A stretch of DNA of 35,229 nucleotides from Gemmatimonadales bacterium (GCA_036391215.1 DASWAI010000096.1:1-35229); one strand, 5' to 3'. Counted from the first letter of the stretch, positions 17,441-25,231 are shown. The notes: generated by a model from the letters alone, not told the origin. Translations and numbers: made by a program.

Positions 17441-17620
17441 ATGAAGAAGACCCTATGCCTGGCCGCCGTGCTTGCGGTTATGGCCTGCGCCGGTGAGAAA
17501 AAGGCTGAGGCCCCGGCTTCGTCCGAGGCTCCGGCTGCCGCTCCTGCCGCCGGCAGCATGGACAGCACCATGATGAAGCACGACAGCACCATGGCGCGGG
17601 ACACCAGCAAGAAGATGTAA
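17441..17620 (+). CDS. Small Met-rich secreted lipoprotein (MxKDx-repeat-like)
   Basis: ATG 17441 with AAGGAG at 17428-17433. Signal peptide MKKTLCLAAVLAVMAC with a lipobox Cys. The mature part is Ala/Pro-rich and then MDSTMMKHDSTMARDTSKKM. Confidence 0.6.
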   Translation: MKKTLCLAAVLAVMACAGEKKAEAPASSEAPAAAPAAGSMDSTMMKHDSTMARDTSKKM

Positions 17621-17652
17621 GCGCGCGAGCGCCGTTCGCCGCACTGTCGCCA

Positions 17653-17686
17653 CGAGCCCCGGGGGAGCCTGCTCCGCCGGGGCTCG
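17653..17686. terminator. GC-rich hairpin between convergent genes (possible bidirectional terminator, no clear U-tract)
   Basis: cgagccccgggggagc and gctccgccggggctcg form a 16-bp stem with one mismatch. Confidence 0.45.
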
Positions 17687-17698
17687 GTCGTTCCCGCC

Positions 17699-18688
17699 TC
17701 AGCCGTCGAGATCCTCCGGGGCGAAGGGCAGGGCCACCACCCGGGCCGCCCGCCCGCCCGCCTCGACTTCCTCACCCGTCGCCACCTCGCGGCGAATGGG
17801 GGCGAGCCCCAGCAACCGGTCGTCCAGCACCAGCGTCGAGCGCACGTTGCCGACCGGCCGCCCGGCCGCGGTGACCGCGTCGCCCTCCAGCGGCGCCGCG
17901 CCCCGCCAGATCAGTCCCCTGAGCTCGCGGTTGGTATGTCCCCGGAAATGGAGCCGCGCCACCGTTTCCTGACCCACGTAGCAGCCCTTGGTGTAGGAAA
18001 CGCCGCCGAGCTGGTCGTAGCGTACCTCCTGCGGGAGCGTGCGGTCGTCGATCTCGGCACCAAGCGCCGGCCATCCGGCGAGGATCCGCGCGGCCTCCAG
18101 GTCCTCGGCGGTGCCCTGCTCGACGCCCGCGCCGCCCAGGGCCGCGATGAGCCTCTGCACCACGGCCCGGGGCCCCAGCGCAACGGCGGCAAAGGGCGCC
18201 GTCTCCGGGGCGAGGCCCAGCAGGAGCCGGCCCTCGGGGTACTCGAGGGCCACGGTGCGGCCGGCCGCGTCCGGTATCGGCTTGATGGGGGAGCGGGCGA
18301 GCGCGGCGAACGCCTGGGACCCGAGCAGCCACGCCACCTCCACCTGGCCCGTCATATCCGTGATCCGGGCCAGACGGGGCGGCACCTGCCGGCGGAAGAG
18401 GTCGTCCGACGCCAGGCGGCTCTCGATCGGCGCCACCAGCGTGAATCCTGCGGGCTCGCGGAAAACCCAGTAGTCCACCACGATCGAGCCCTTGGGAGTG
18501 AGCAGCGCGCCGTAGGTGAGGCTGTGATCACCCGGCTTGTCCAGATCGCTCGTGAGCAGGCCCTGGAGGCAGGTGAGCGCGCCCGGTCCGGCGAGCTGGA
18601 ACACCGCGGGCTCACCGGTCACCACCACCGCGCCGCGGCGCAAGCGGTCGAGCCGCGAACGATCGTATCCCAGCTCACGCGGCGGCAT
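17699..18688 (-). CDS. ygfZ: YgfZ/GcvT-like folate-binding protein
   Basis: KGCYVGQE signature (YTKGCYVGQETVARLHFRGH). ATG 18688 (MPPRELGYD...) overlaps the HAD gene end by 14 nt. The longer track ORF to 19066 runs through the HAD gene. Confidence 0.8.
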   Translation of the reverse strand: MPPRELGYDRSRLDRLRRGAVVVTGEPAVFQLAGPGALTCLQGLLTSDLDKPGDHSLTYGALLTPKGSIVVDYWVFREPAGFTLVAPIESRLASDDLFRRQVPPRLARITDMTGQVEVAWLLGSQAFAALARSPIKPIPDAAGRTVALEYPEGRLLLGLAPETAPFAAVALGPRAVVQRLIAALGGAGVEQGTAEDLEAARILAGWPALGAEIDDRTLPQEVRYDQLGGVSYTKGCYVGQETVARLHFRGHTNRELRGLIWRGAAPLEGDAVTAAGRPVGNVRSTLVLDDRLLGLAPIRREVATGEEVEAGGRAARVVALPFAPEDLDG

Positions 18689-19349
18689 CGGCCCACGGCA
18701 GGTCGGAAGGTGAGCGGCCGGCCAGGTCCGGCCACACGGCGTCCGCGGGCCCCAGCCGGTCCCCGGGGTGGGACGTGGTGAGGACGGCGCAGCGGAGCCC
18801 CGCTGCGCGCGCCGCCGCGAGTCCCGGTAGCGAGTCCTCCACCACGACACAGTCCTCCGGCGCCAGCCCGAGGGCCCGGCGGGCCCGGATGTAGCCCTCG
18901 GGGTCCGGCTTACACGCGGACACGTCCTCCGCGGACACCACGACGCCGAAGTGCCGGCGCAGGCCGGCTGTGTCGAGCACCAGATCGATCTCCCGCCGGA
19001 GCGCCCCCGACACGATGGCAAGCGCCAGCCCGTCCGCCGCGGCCGCCCGAATGAAGTCAGCCGCACCCGGGACGAGCGTCATCGCGCGCCGGATCTCGGC
19101 CGCATAGTGCGCGGCCTTCCGCTCGATCGCCTCGGCGAGCGCGGGGCCGCCTGCGGGGCGGCCGTATCGCTCGAAGGTGAAGCGGAAGCACTCGCGATCG
19201 TCGAAGCCGAGATACTCGCGGTAGTACGTCTCCCGGTCGAGTGGGATCCCGTACTCCGCGAGGGTCGCGGTCAGCGCCTCGCAGTGCTGCGGCTCGTCGT
19301 TGATGATGACGCCGTTGAAGTCGAACAGGATGGCCCGGGACATAACCAC
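18675..19349 (-). CDS. HAD-superfamily hydrolase, subfamily IA (phosphoglycolate phosphatase / beta-PGM-like)
   Basis: Motif I LFDFNGVI, motif II IVSG, then K in CKPDPEGY, motif IV VVVEDS. GTG 19349 or ATG 19343 could be the start. Confidence 0.85.
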   Translation of the reverse strand: MVMSRAILFDFNGVIINDEPQHCEALTATLAEYGIPLDRETYYREYLGFDDRECFRFTFERYGRPAGGPALAEAIERKAAHYAAEIRRAMTLVPGAADFIRAAAADGLALAIVSGALRREIDLVLDTAGLRRHFGVVVSAEDVSACKPDPEGYIRARRALGLAPEDCVVVEDSLPGLAAARAAGLRCAVLTTSHPGDRLGPADAVWPDLAGRSPSDLPWADAAA

Positions 19350-19350
19350 G

Positions 19351-19397
19351 GTGAACGGTGAACACTGAAGTGTAAACGGGGCCCCCCGCCGGCGGGG
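19351..19397. repeat. Heptamer array GTGAACG GTGAACA CTGAAGT GTAAACG followed by the 14-nt palindrome CCCCGCCGGCGGGG
   Basis: Read directly: array 19351-19378, palindrome 19384-19397. It fills the glcF-HAD intergenic gap. Confidence 0.8.
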
Positions 19398-19413
19398 AAG
19401 CGCAGGCTACCGG

Positions 19414-20730
19414 TCAGCGGTCACTGCCTCCCTCCCTGGCGTAGACCCCGGCCTCTGCGTACGACCGGTCCAGAAGCTCCACCGGGTGCACGGCGGGGAT
19501 GCCCAGCCCAGAAGCCCGCAGCCCCGCTCCGATCTGCATCAGGCAGCCGGGGTTTCCGGTGGTCACGGCATCGAGCGCGGGCTGGGCCGCGCGGAAGACC
19601 TCGATCTTGTCGTCCAGCACCGATCGGGCGAGGTCCGGGTGGAGCAGGGAATAGATCCCGGCGCTCCCGCAGCAGCGGTCGAACCCGGGGAGGAGGCGGA
19701 GCCGGAGCTCGGGGATCGCGCCGAGGACCGCGAGCGGGGCCGCGTGCACACGCTGCGCGTGCTGGAGATGGCAGGGCGCGTCGTAGGCCACCTCGAGCCG
19801 GAGCGGCGCTCCCGGGCGGGGGCCGCGCTCGGCGAGGAGCTCGGAGACGTCCCGCACCTTGGCTCCGAACCGCGCCCCGTCGGCGGTGCCGAGGAGATGG
19901 CCGTAGTCCTTGAGCAGGGCGCCGCACCCGGCGCTGTTCACGACGATCCAGTCGGCTGCGTCGAGGAGCGAGGCCACGTTCTGGACCGCCAGCGCGGCGG
20001 CGCCGGCGTGGTCACCGGCATGCTCGTGCAGCGCGCCGCAGCAGGCCTGGCCGGCTACCTCGCGGACTTCGTAGCCGTTGGCCGCGAGCGTCCGCCTGGT
20101 GGCCGCGTTCACGTGGGAGAAGAGGCCCTCCATGACGCAACCGCGGAAGAGGACGACCGACCGGCGTTCCGAGGCTCGCGACACCGACGCGCCGCCCGAA
20201 GCTCCCGCCCCCCCCGCACGCACCGCACGCCCCGCGCGCCCGTCCCCCGTCGCGGCCAGCATGGCCATCGTGAATCCGAAGCGGGTCTCCCCCGCCAGCC
20301 GGGCGGGAACGCCGGTCGCGCGGAGGAGCCGCCCGGCCCGGAAGACCGCCTGCCAGAGGGGCCGGTTCCGGAAGACACTCAGCCCGAGCCGTGCCAGGGC
20401 GGGGAGGCCACGGGTGCGGAACAGGTGGGCCCGCGCGGCCTCGAGTCCCCGCCCGTAGCCCACGCCGGAGGGACAGACCGGCTCGCAGCCCCGGCAGCCC
20501 AGGCACGCGTCGAGGTGAGTGACCAGGCCTTCGTCCTCCGGCCCGATCTCGCCCCGCTCGAGCGCGCGCATGAGCACGATTCGGCCGCGCGGGCTGTCGG
20601 CCTCGTCTCCGGTGGCCAGGTAGGTCGGGCACGCCGGGAGACAGAAGCCGCAGTGGACGCAGGGATCGAGCGCCTGGTAGCCGGACGCCGCCTCACTCAC
20701 CGCCACCCCCTCTCGCTCCTCACTCCCCAC
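19414..20730 (-). CDS. glcF: Glycolate oxidase iron-sulfur subunit GlcF
   Basis: Two 4Fe-4S motifs (CVHCGFCLPACPTY and CLGCRGCEPVCPSGV) plus C-terminal Cys-rich CCG-type repeats. GTG 20730. Confidence 0.9.
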   Translation of the reverse strand: MGSEEREGVAVSEAASGYQALDPCVHCGFCLPACPTYLATGDEADSPRGRIVLMRALERGEIGPEDEGLVTHLDACLGCRGCEPVCPSGVGYGRGLEAARAHLFRTRGLPALARLGLSVFRNRPLWQAVFRAGRLLRATGVPARLAGETRFGFTMAMLAATGDGRAGRAVRAGGAGASGGASVSRASERRSVVLFRGCVMEGLFSHVNAATRRTLAANGYEVREVAGQACCGALHEHAGDHAGAAALAVQNVASLLDAADWIVVNSAGCGALLKDYGHLLGTADGARFGAKVRDVSELLAERGPRPGAPLRLEVAYDAPCHLQHAQRVHAAPLAVLGAIPELRLRLLPGFDRCCGSAGIYSLLHPDLARSVLDDKIEVFRAAQPALDAVTTGNPGCLMQIGAGLRASGLGIPAVHPVELLDRSYAEAGVYAREGGSDR

Positions 20731-20767
20731 CTCTCACTTCTCACCTCTCACTTCTCACTCTTCTCAC
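20731..20767. repeat. Direct heptamer array (minus strand GTGAGAA GA GTGAGAA GTGAGAG GTGAGAA GTGAGAG) spanning the glcE stop and abutting the glcF start
   Basis: The plus strand reads ctctcac ttctcac ctctcac ttctcac tc ttctcac. The glcE TGA is at 20748-20750, inside the third minus-strand unit. Confidence 0.9.
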
Positions 20768-21962
20768 TCCCCTCCAGCGCCACGCTCAATGACTGCTTCG
20801 GATCGAACGTGTTCCGCAGGCGGTCCACGAGCTGTCCGACCCCCTCCCGGTAGGCGCCGAAGTGGCCCAGCGCCCGGCGGACGGGCCAGGGCGCGCGCTC
20901 GAGGGTCATCGGGATCTCCCGCGCAGCAGCCGCCCGGCGCGTGGCCCGGAGGCGCTCGACCGGGGCGTCGCCGGTCCAGCGAAGCGACCCACTGGCCGCG
21001 CCCGCGGCCACGACGCCGGTGTCGAGATCATGGGCCAGGAGATCCAGCATCTCGTCCAGCCCGTCGGTGAGCACGCCCAGGCGGAAGGTGACGGGACCGT
21101 CCAGGCTGCCGCGGGCCAGCAGCGCCCAGAACCCGGCCGTCCGGTCCGCCGGCAGCTGCTCCCACACGGCGCCGCTCTCGGCCGGCAGGCGGCGGACATC
21201 GGCCTGCACGGCGGCATCCACGCCGAGGAACCGGATGGCCAGCACCCAATCGGGGTCGGCGGCGAGCGCGGGCGAGACCAGCTCGAGGGCGGCGGGCGCG
21301 ATACGGGCCTCGAGCAGGTCGCGCGCGGCCGCCGTGAGCGCGTCGCGGCTACCCCGGGAGACCAGGGTGACGTCGGCCCGGGGGAGCGCCCGGAGCCGGA
21401 GGTGCGCCTCGGTGAGGATGCCGAACCCGCCGAACCCGCCGACGTGCAGCTTGGTGAGGTCGTACCCCGCGACGTTCTTCACGACCCGGGCCCCCGGCTT
21501 CACGATCCGTCCGTCGCCGGTAACCACGGTGCAGCCGAGGATCTGGTCGCGGACCGGGCCGAAGCCGTGGCGCAACGGTCCGCTCGTCCCGGTGGCGATC
21601 ACCGAGCCGAGGGTGCGGTCGGGCCGCCCCGGCGGGTCGAGGGCGAGCCACATGCCCTGCTCCGCCAGGCGGCGCCGGATCGCGTCGAGGGACGCGCCGG
21701 CCTGGACCGTCGCCACCAGGTCGGCCGGGTGCACGGAGACGATCTCGTCCAGCGCACGCGTGCTCACCGCCAGATCGGCCGGTGCGTCCGGGGGGAGCCA
21801 GGTAGCGAGTCCCTCGACCCGGATCTTCCAGCCCTCGTCGTGGGCGAGCCGGCAGACCAGCGCGAGCGCGTCGGTGGAGCCGGGGGCTACGCGGGGGACA
21901 TTGTCGGCGTCGCGGTCCACCGCGGCGGGCCCAAGCAGGGCGCGGAGACGGGAGAAGATCAC
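20748..21962 (-). CDS. glcE: Glycolate oxidase FAD-binding subunit GlcE
   Basis: FAD_binding_4-type sequence (GSVIATGTSGPLRHGFGPVRD, NVAGYDLTKLHVGGFGGFGILTE). GTG 21962 overlaps the glcD stop as GTGA, with GGAGGGAGG upstream. The track ORF to 23342 is read-through in an open GC-rich frame. Confidence 0.85.
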   Translation of the reverse strand: MIFSRLRALLGPAAVDRDADNVPRVAPGSTDALALVCRLAHDEGWKIRVEGLATWLPPDAPADLAVSTRALDEIVSVHPADLVATVQAGASLDAIRRRLAEQGMWLALDPPGRPDRTLGSVIATGTSGPLRHGFGPVRDQILGCTVVTGDGRIVKPGARVVKNVAGYDLTKLHVGGFGGFGILTEAHLRLRALPRADVTLVSRGSRDALTAAARDLLEARIAPAALELVSPALAADPDWVLAIRFLGVDAAVQADVRRLPAESGAVWEQLPADRTAGFWALLARGSLDGPVTFRLGVLTDGLDEMLDLLAHDLDTGVVAAGAASGSLRWTGDAPVERLRATRRAAAAREIPMTLERAPWPVRRALGHFGAYREGVGQLVDRLRNTFDPKQSLSVALEGSEKSEK

Positions 21963-23389
21963 GAGGCCTCCCTCCGCGCGCCCGGCGCCGCGCGCCACTC
22001 CCGGCAGGCGCGCGCGGGCAGCACCTTGCCCGGATTGCAGCGCTCGTCCGGGTCGAACACCCGCCGCACGGCCTGCATGGCCCCCAGCGTCTCCGGGTCG
22101 AAGATCCAGGGCATGTAGCCCATCTTGTCGTTGCCCACGCCGTGCTCGCCGGTGATGCTCCCGCCGGCCGCGACGCAGGCCGCCATGATCTCGCGGCTCG
22201 CCTCCCGCACCCGCGCGGCCAGCTCCGGGTCCCGGCGGTCGAAGCTGATGTTCGGGTGCAGGTTCCCGTCGCCCGCGTGGAAGACGTTGCTGATCGAGAG
22301 CCCGTGCCGGCGACGGATCTCCCCGATCCGGTCGAGGATGTCGGGGAGCGCGGAGCGGGGCACGACGGCGTCCTGGACCGCGAGGTCGGGGGCGATCCGG
22401 CCCATCGCGCCGAACGCCTTCTTCCGTCCTTGCCAGAGCCGGGCCCGATCGACGGCCGACGAGGCGCTCCGAACCCCGCGGGCGTGGTGCGCGCGCAGGA
22501 TCTCCTCCACCAGCGCCGACTCGGCCTCCGTCTGCTCCGGCGTCCCGTCCACCTCCACCAGGAGGACCGCGGCGGCGTCGGTCGGGTAGCCCGCGGCGTA
22601 GATGGACGCTTCCACTGCCTGCACGCAGGCCTGGTCCATCATCTCCAGCGCCGCCGGCACGACGCCGGACGCGATGATGGCGGACACCGCCTCGCTGGCC
22701 GCGCGCACGCTGGGGAAGTCGGCCAGCATGGTGCGCACGGCCGCCGGGATGGGCTCCAGCCGGACGGTGATCTCGGTGGCGATGCCGAACATGCCCTCGC
22801 TGCCGACGAAGAGTCCGACCAGGTCCGGCCCCCACGGGTCGCCCTGGGGCGAACCCAGCCGTACCACGCTCGCATCGGGCAACACCACCTCGAGTTCCAC
22901 GATGTGGTTGGTGGTGACGCCGTACTTGAGGCAGTGCGGGCCGCCCGCGTTCTCCGCCACGTTGCCGCCCACCGTGCAGGCGGCCTGGCTCGACGGGTCG
23001 GGCACGTACTGGAGGCCGAGCGAGACGATCGCCTCGGACAGGCGGGCGTTCACCACCCCGGGCTGGATCACCGCCCGCCGCGCCGCGGCATCGACCCGAA
23101 GGATCCGGTTCATCCGGGTAAGGGTCACCAGCACCGCCTCCGGGTCCGCCAGCGCCCCGCCCGAGAGCCCGGTGCCGGCGCCCCGGGCCACGAACGGCAC
23201 CTGGAGCAGGTGCAGCAGGCGGACGACCTCGACGATCTCCCCGCGGCCGGCCGGCATCACCACGGCACCGGGCAGCGACTCGTGCGTCGGCAGGCCGTCC
23301 ATCGAGTAGGTCGTGAGCTCCGCCTTGCGGTGGCGTACCCATCGCGGCCCGACGATCCGGCCGAGCGCCTCGAGCAACGCGGGCTTCAC
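21959..23389 (-). CDS. glcD: Glycolate oxidase subunit GlcD (FAD-linked oxidase)
   Basis: VPFVARGAGTGLSGGA FAD motif and full-length similarity to FAD-linked oxidases. GTG 23389 overlaps the upstream stop as GTGA. Confidence 0.9.
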   Translation of the reverse strand: MKPALLEALGRIVGPRWVRHRKAELTTYSMDGLPTHESLPGAVVMPAGRGEIVEVVRLLHLLQVPFVARGAGTGLSGGALADPEAVLVTLTRMNRILRVDAAARRAVIQPGVVNARLSEAIVSLGLQYVPDPSSQAACTVGGNVAENAGGPHCLKYGVTTNHIVELEVVLPDASVVRLGSPQGDPWGPDLVGLFVGSEGMFGIATEITVRLEPIPAAVRTMLADFPSVRAASEAVSAIIASGVVPAALEMMDQACVQAVEASIYAAGYPTDAAAVLLVEVDGTPEQTEAESALVEEILRAHHARGVRSASSAVDRARLWQGRKKAFGAMGRIAPDLAVQDAVVPRSALPDILDRIGEIRRRHGLSISNVFHAGDGNLHPNISFDRRDPELAARVREASREIMAACVAAGGSITGEHGVGNDKMGYMPWIFDPETLGAMQAVRRVFDPDERCNPGKVLPARACREWRAAPGARREAS

Positions 23390-24057
23390 AGGTCGGCGGG
23401 AAGAACGGAGTGGATGTCGCCCTTGCCGTTGTGACGGGCCCGTCGGTGCACCCGGACGGCGGACTCGAGCGACCGGGTGAGGGCCGGCAGCAGATGGAGC
23501 AGGAGCGCGACCCGCTCGTCCGTGCTCCGGGTCGCGAGGAGCTTGCGCTTGACGCCCGCGTCGCACTCCAGGGCCGCGCTCACCGCGAACGTGAGCGCGA
23601 CGGGCTCGTCCGGCAGCTCGGGGGCATCGGGCTCCTCGTCCTGGAGCGACCGAAAGACCGCCCAGTAGCGCGCGAAGAGGTCCCGGAGCTCCCCCAGCCG
23701 CTCGGCCGGCGGAAGCGTCCCGGGGCGCTCGTCGAACTCCTCCACCAGGCCGACGTGGTACGGCGCCGGGTCGTCGAGCACGTGTTGCACCACGAACCGG
23801 GGCCCGCCCGCCACCAGGATGTTCGAGCGGCCGTCGGGAAGCTGCTCGCTGGCCCGGATCTCCGCTGCGCACCCGGCCGCCCCCGCGTCCGGCGCCTCCG
23901 CCTCGCGTCCCGGCCCGACGACGCCGAAGCGCGACTCGCCCTTCAGGCAGTCGGCCAGCATCTGCCGGTACCTCGGCTCGAAGATGTGCAGCGGCAACAG
24001 GGCGCCGGGAAAAAGGACGACGTCGAGGGGGAAGAGAGCGAGAGGGTAGGGGGGCAT
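23386..24057 (-). CDS. LON N-terminal (substrate-binding, PUA-like) domain protein, no ATPase or protease domains
   Basis: LFPLDVVLFPGALLPLHIFEPRYRQM is the Lon N-domain signature. 223 aa. ATG 24057. Confidence 0.85.
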   Translation of the reverse strand: MPPYPLALFPLDVVLFPGALLPLHIFEPRYRQMLADCLKGESRFGVVGPGREAEAPDAGAAGCAAEIRASEQLPDGRSNILVAGGPRFVVQHVLDDPAPYHVGLVEEFDERPGTLPPAERLGELRDLFARYWAVFRSLQDEEPDAPELPDEPVALTFAVSAALECDAGVKRKLLATRSTDERVALLLHLLPALTRSLESAVRVHRRARHNGKGDIHSVLPADL

Positions 24058-24068
24058 GGCTGTAAGAT

Positions 24069-24223
24069 AGCCGCTGGCCGTTGGCCCTTACCCGTCGGCC
24101 GTCGGCTGTCAGGTGGCGGCTGCGCGGGGGGCCTCGATGCAACGAGGCCCCCCGCGACGCCGCGCGGAGGGCCTGTGGAGCAGCAGCTGGCAAAGCTAGA
24201 GGCTAACGGCCAACGGCTCCCTA
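24069..24223. repeat. About 150-bp composite element: inverted CGTYGGC-type heptamer arrays flanking a perfect 14-bp GC hairpin
   Basis: The left array is CCGCTGG CCGTTGG CCCTTAC CCGTCGG CCGTCGG CTGTCAG (24071-24112). The hairpin cgcggggggcctcg/cgaggccccccgcg (24123-24136 / 24143-24156) has a 6-nt loop. The right array is GCTAGAG GCTAACG GCCAACG GCTCCCT (24195-24222). 24069-24085 pairs 15/17 with 24202-24218. Confidence 0.8.
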
Positions 24224-25117
24224 CGCCGCCACCCATCCCTCCTTCAACGACTTCACGTCCGGGGATTCCCGCAGCTTCTCGAACGCCCGCTCCCGGATCT
24301 GGCGGATGCGCTCGCGGGTGACGCCGAGCAGCGCGCCGATCTTTTCGAGCGTGAGCGCCTCGGAGCCCTCCTCCAGTCCGTAGTAGAGCGACAGGATCTT
24401 CCGCTCGCGCGGCGTCAGGTGCCGCTCGAACAGACGCTCGATGAACTCCCGGCGAAGCCGGCTGTCGGTCATCTCCTCGATCTCGCCGTGCCCGGTACCG
24501 GCCACCCGCTCGCCGAAGGTGCTCGACGCCCGGTCCTGCCGCTCCACCGGGGCATCCAGGGACACCTCGGCGCCGGTCATGCGCCGGGCGGCCCGGATGT
24601 TGTCCACCGAGTCGTTGAGGGCCAGCGCGACCTCGTGATCGGTCGGCTCCCGCCCCAGCTCCTGGGCGAGGAAGCTCTCCGCGCGCGACATGCGGATGAG
24701 GGCCGAGTTCTGGTTCAGGGGAATGCGAACGCTGCGGGTCTGTTCGGCGAGGGCCTTGAGGACGGCCTGGCGCACCCACCACACGGCATACGAGATGAAC
24801 TTGACGCCGTGCTCGGGATCGAACTTGCGCACCGCCTTGAGCAGACCTTCGTTGCCGATGGCGACCAGCTCGGAAAGCTCGAGCCCGTGTCCCTGATACT
24901 TCTTGACGTAGGAGATGACGAACCGGAGGTTGGCCGTCACCAGCCGCTCGGCGGCCACCGGATCTCCCGCCTGGGCCCGTCGCGCCAACCGCTTCTCCTC
25001 CTCGGGGTCCGTGATCATCGGAAGCTTCTGGATGTCGAGCAGGTATTGGTCGAACGCGCTGGAGGGAGCGGTGCGGAACAGCGGGCGAGGGTTCCCGTTG
25101 TTGCGGACGACAGGCAT
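24221..25117 (-). CDS. Sigma-70 family factor, short RpoD-like (regions 2-4, no region 1.1 or non-conserved insert)
   Basis: Region 2 is GNEGLLKAVRKFDPEHGVKFISYAVWWVRQAV. Region 3 is RSVRIPLNQNSALIRM. Region 4.2 is TLEKIGALLGVTRERIRQIRERAFEKLR. 298 aa. Confidence 0.9.
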   Translation of the reverse strand: MPVVRNNGNPRPLFRTAPSSAFDQYLLDIQKLPMITDPEEEKRLARRAQAGDPVAAERLVTANLRFVISYVKKYQGHGLELSELVAIGNEGLLKAVRKFDPEHGVKFISYAVWWVRQAVLKALAEQTRSVRIPLNQNSALIRMSRAESFLAQELGREPTDHEVALALNDSVDNIRAARRMTGAEVSLDAPVERQDRASSTFGERVAGTGHGEIEEMTDSRLRREFIERLFERHLTPRERKILSLYYGLEEGSEALTLEKIGALLGVTRERIRQIRERAFEKLRESPDVKSLKEGWVAA

Positions 25118-25202
25118 AGACCACCCCGAGAGAGGGTTGACCTAACGACCGGCTGTGGAGATCAAGTCAAGGGAGCTGCGTCGTAAGCCGTTGCGGCTCT
25201 TG

Positions 25203-25231
25203 AATATACGGAGGCACTCCAAAACGGTCAA
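25203..25231 (-). promoter_or_regulatory. Candidate promoter of the sigma factor gene
   Basis: The minus strand reads TTGACC (25231-25226), an exact 17-nt spacer, then TATATT (25208-25203). It lies about 85 nt upstream of ATG 25117, in the lowest-GC stretch of the window. Confidence 0.45.

Noticed and set aside
20748-24193. Track ORFs 20748..23342 and 21959..24193 (also 27025..28503, 29080..31599 and 17699..19066) read as single giant proteins.
   Set aside because: Their N-terminal halves are open-frame read-through across the upstream neighbour. Family similarity begins at internal GTG/ATG codons that overlap the upstream stop (GTGA) or carry a strong SD.
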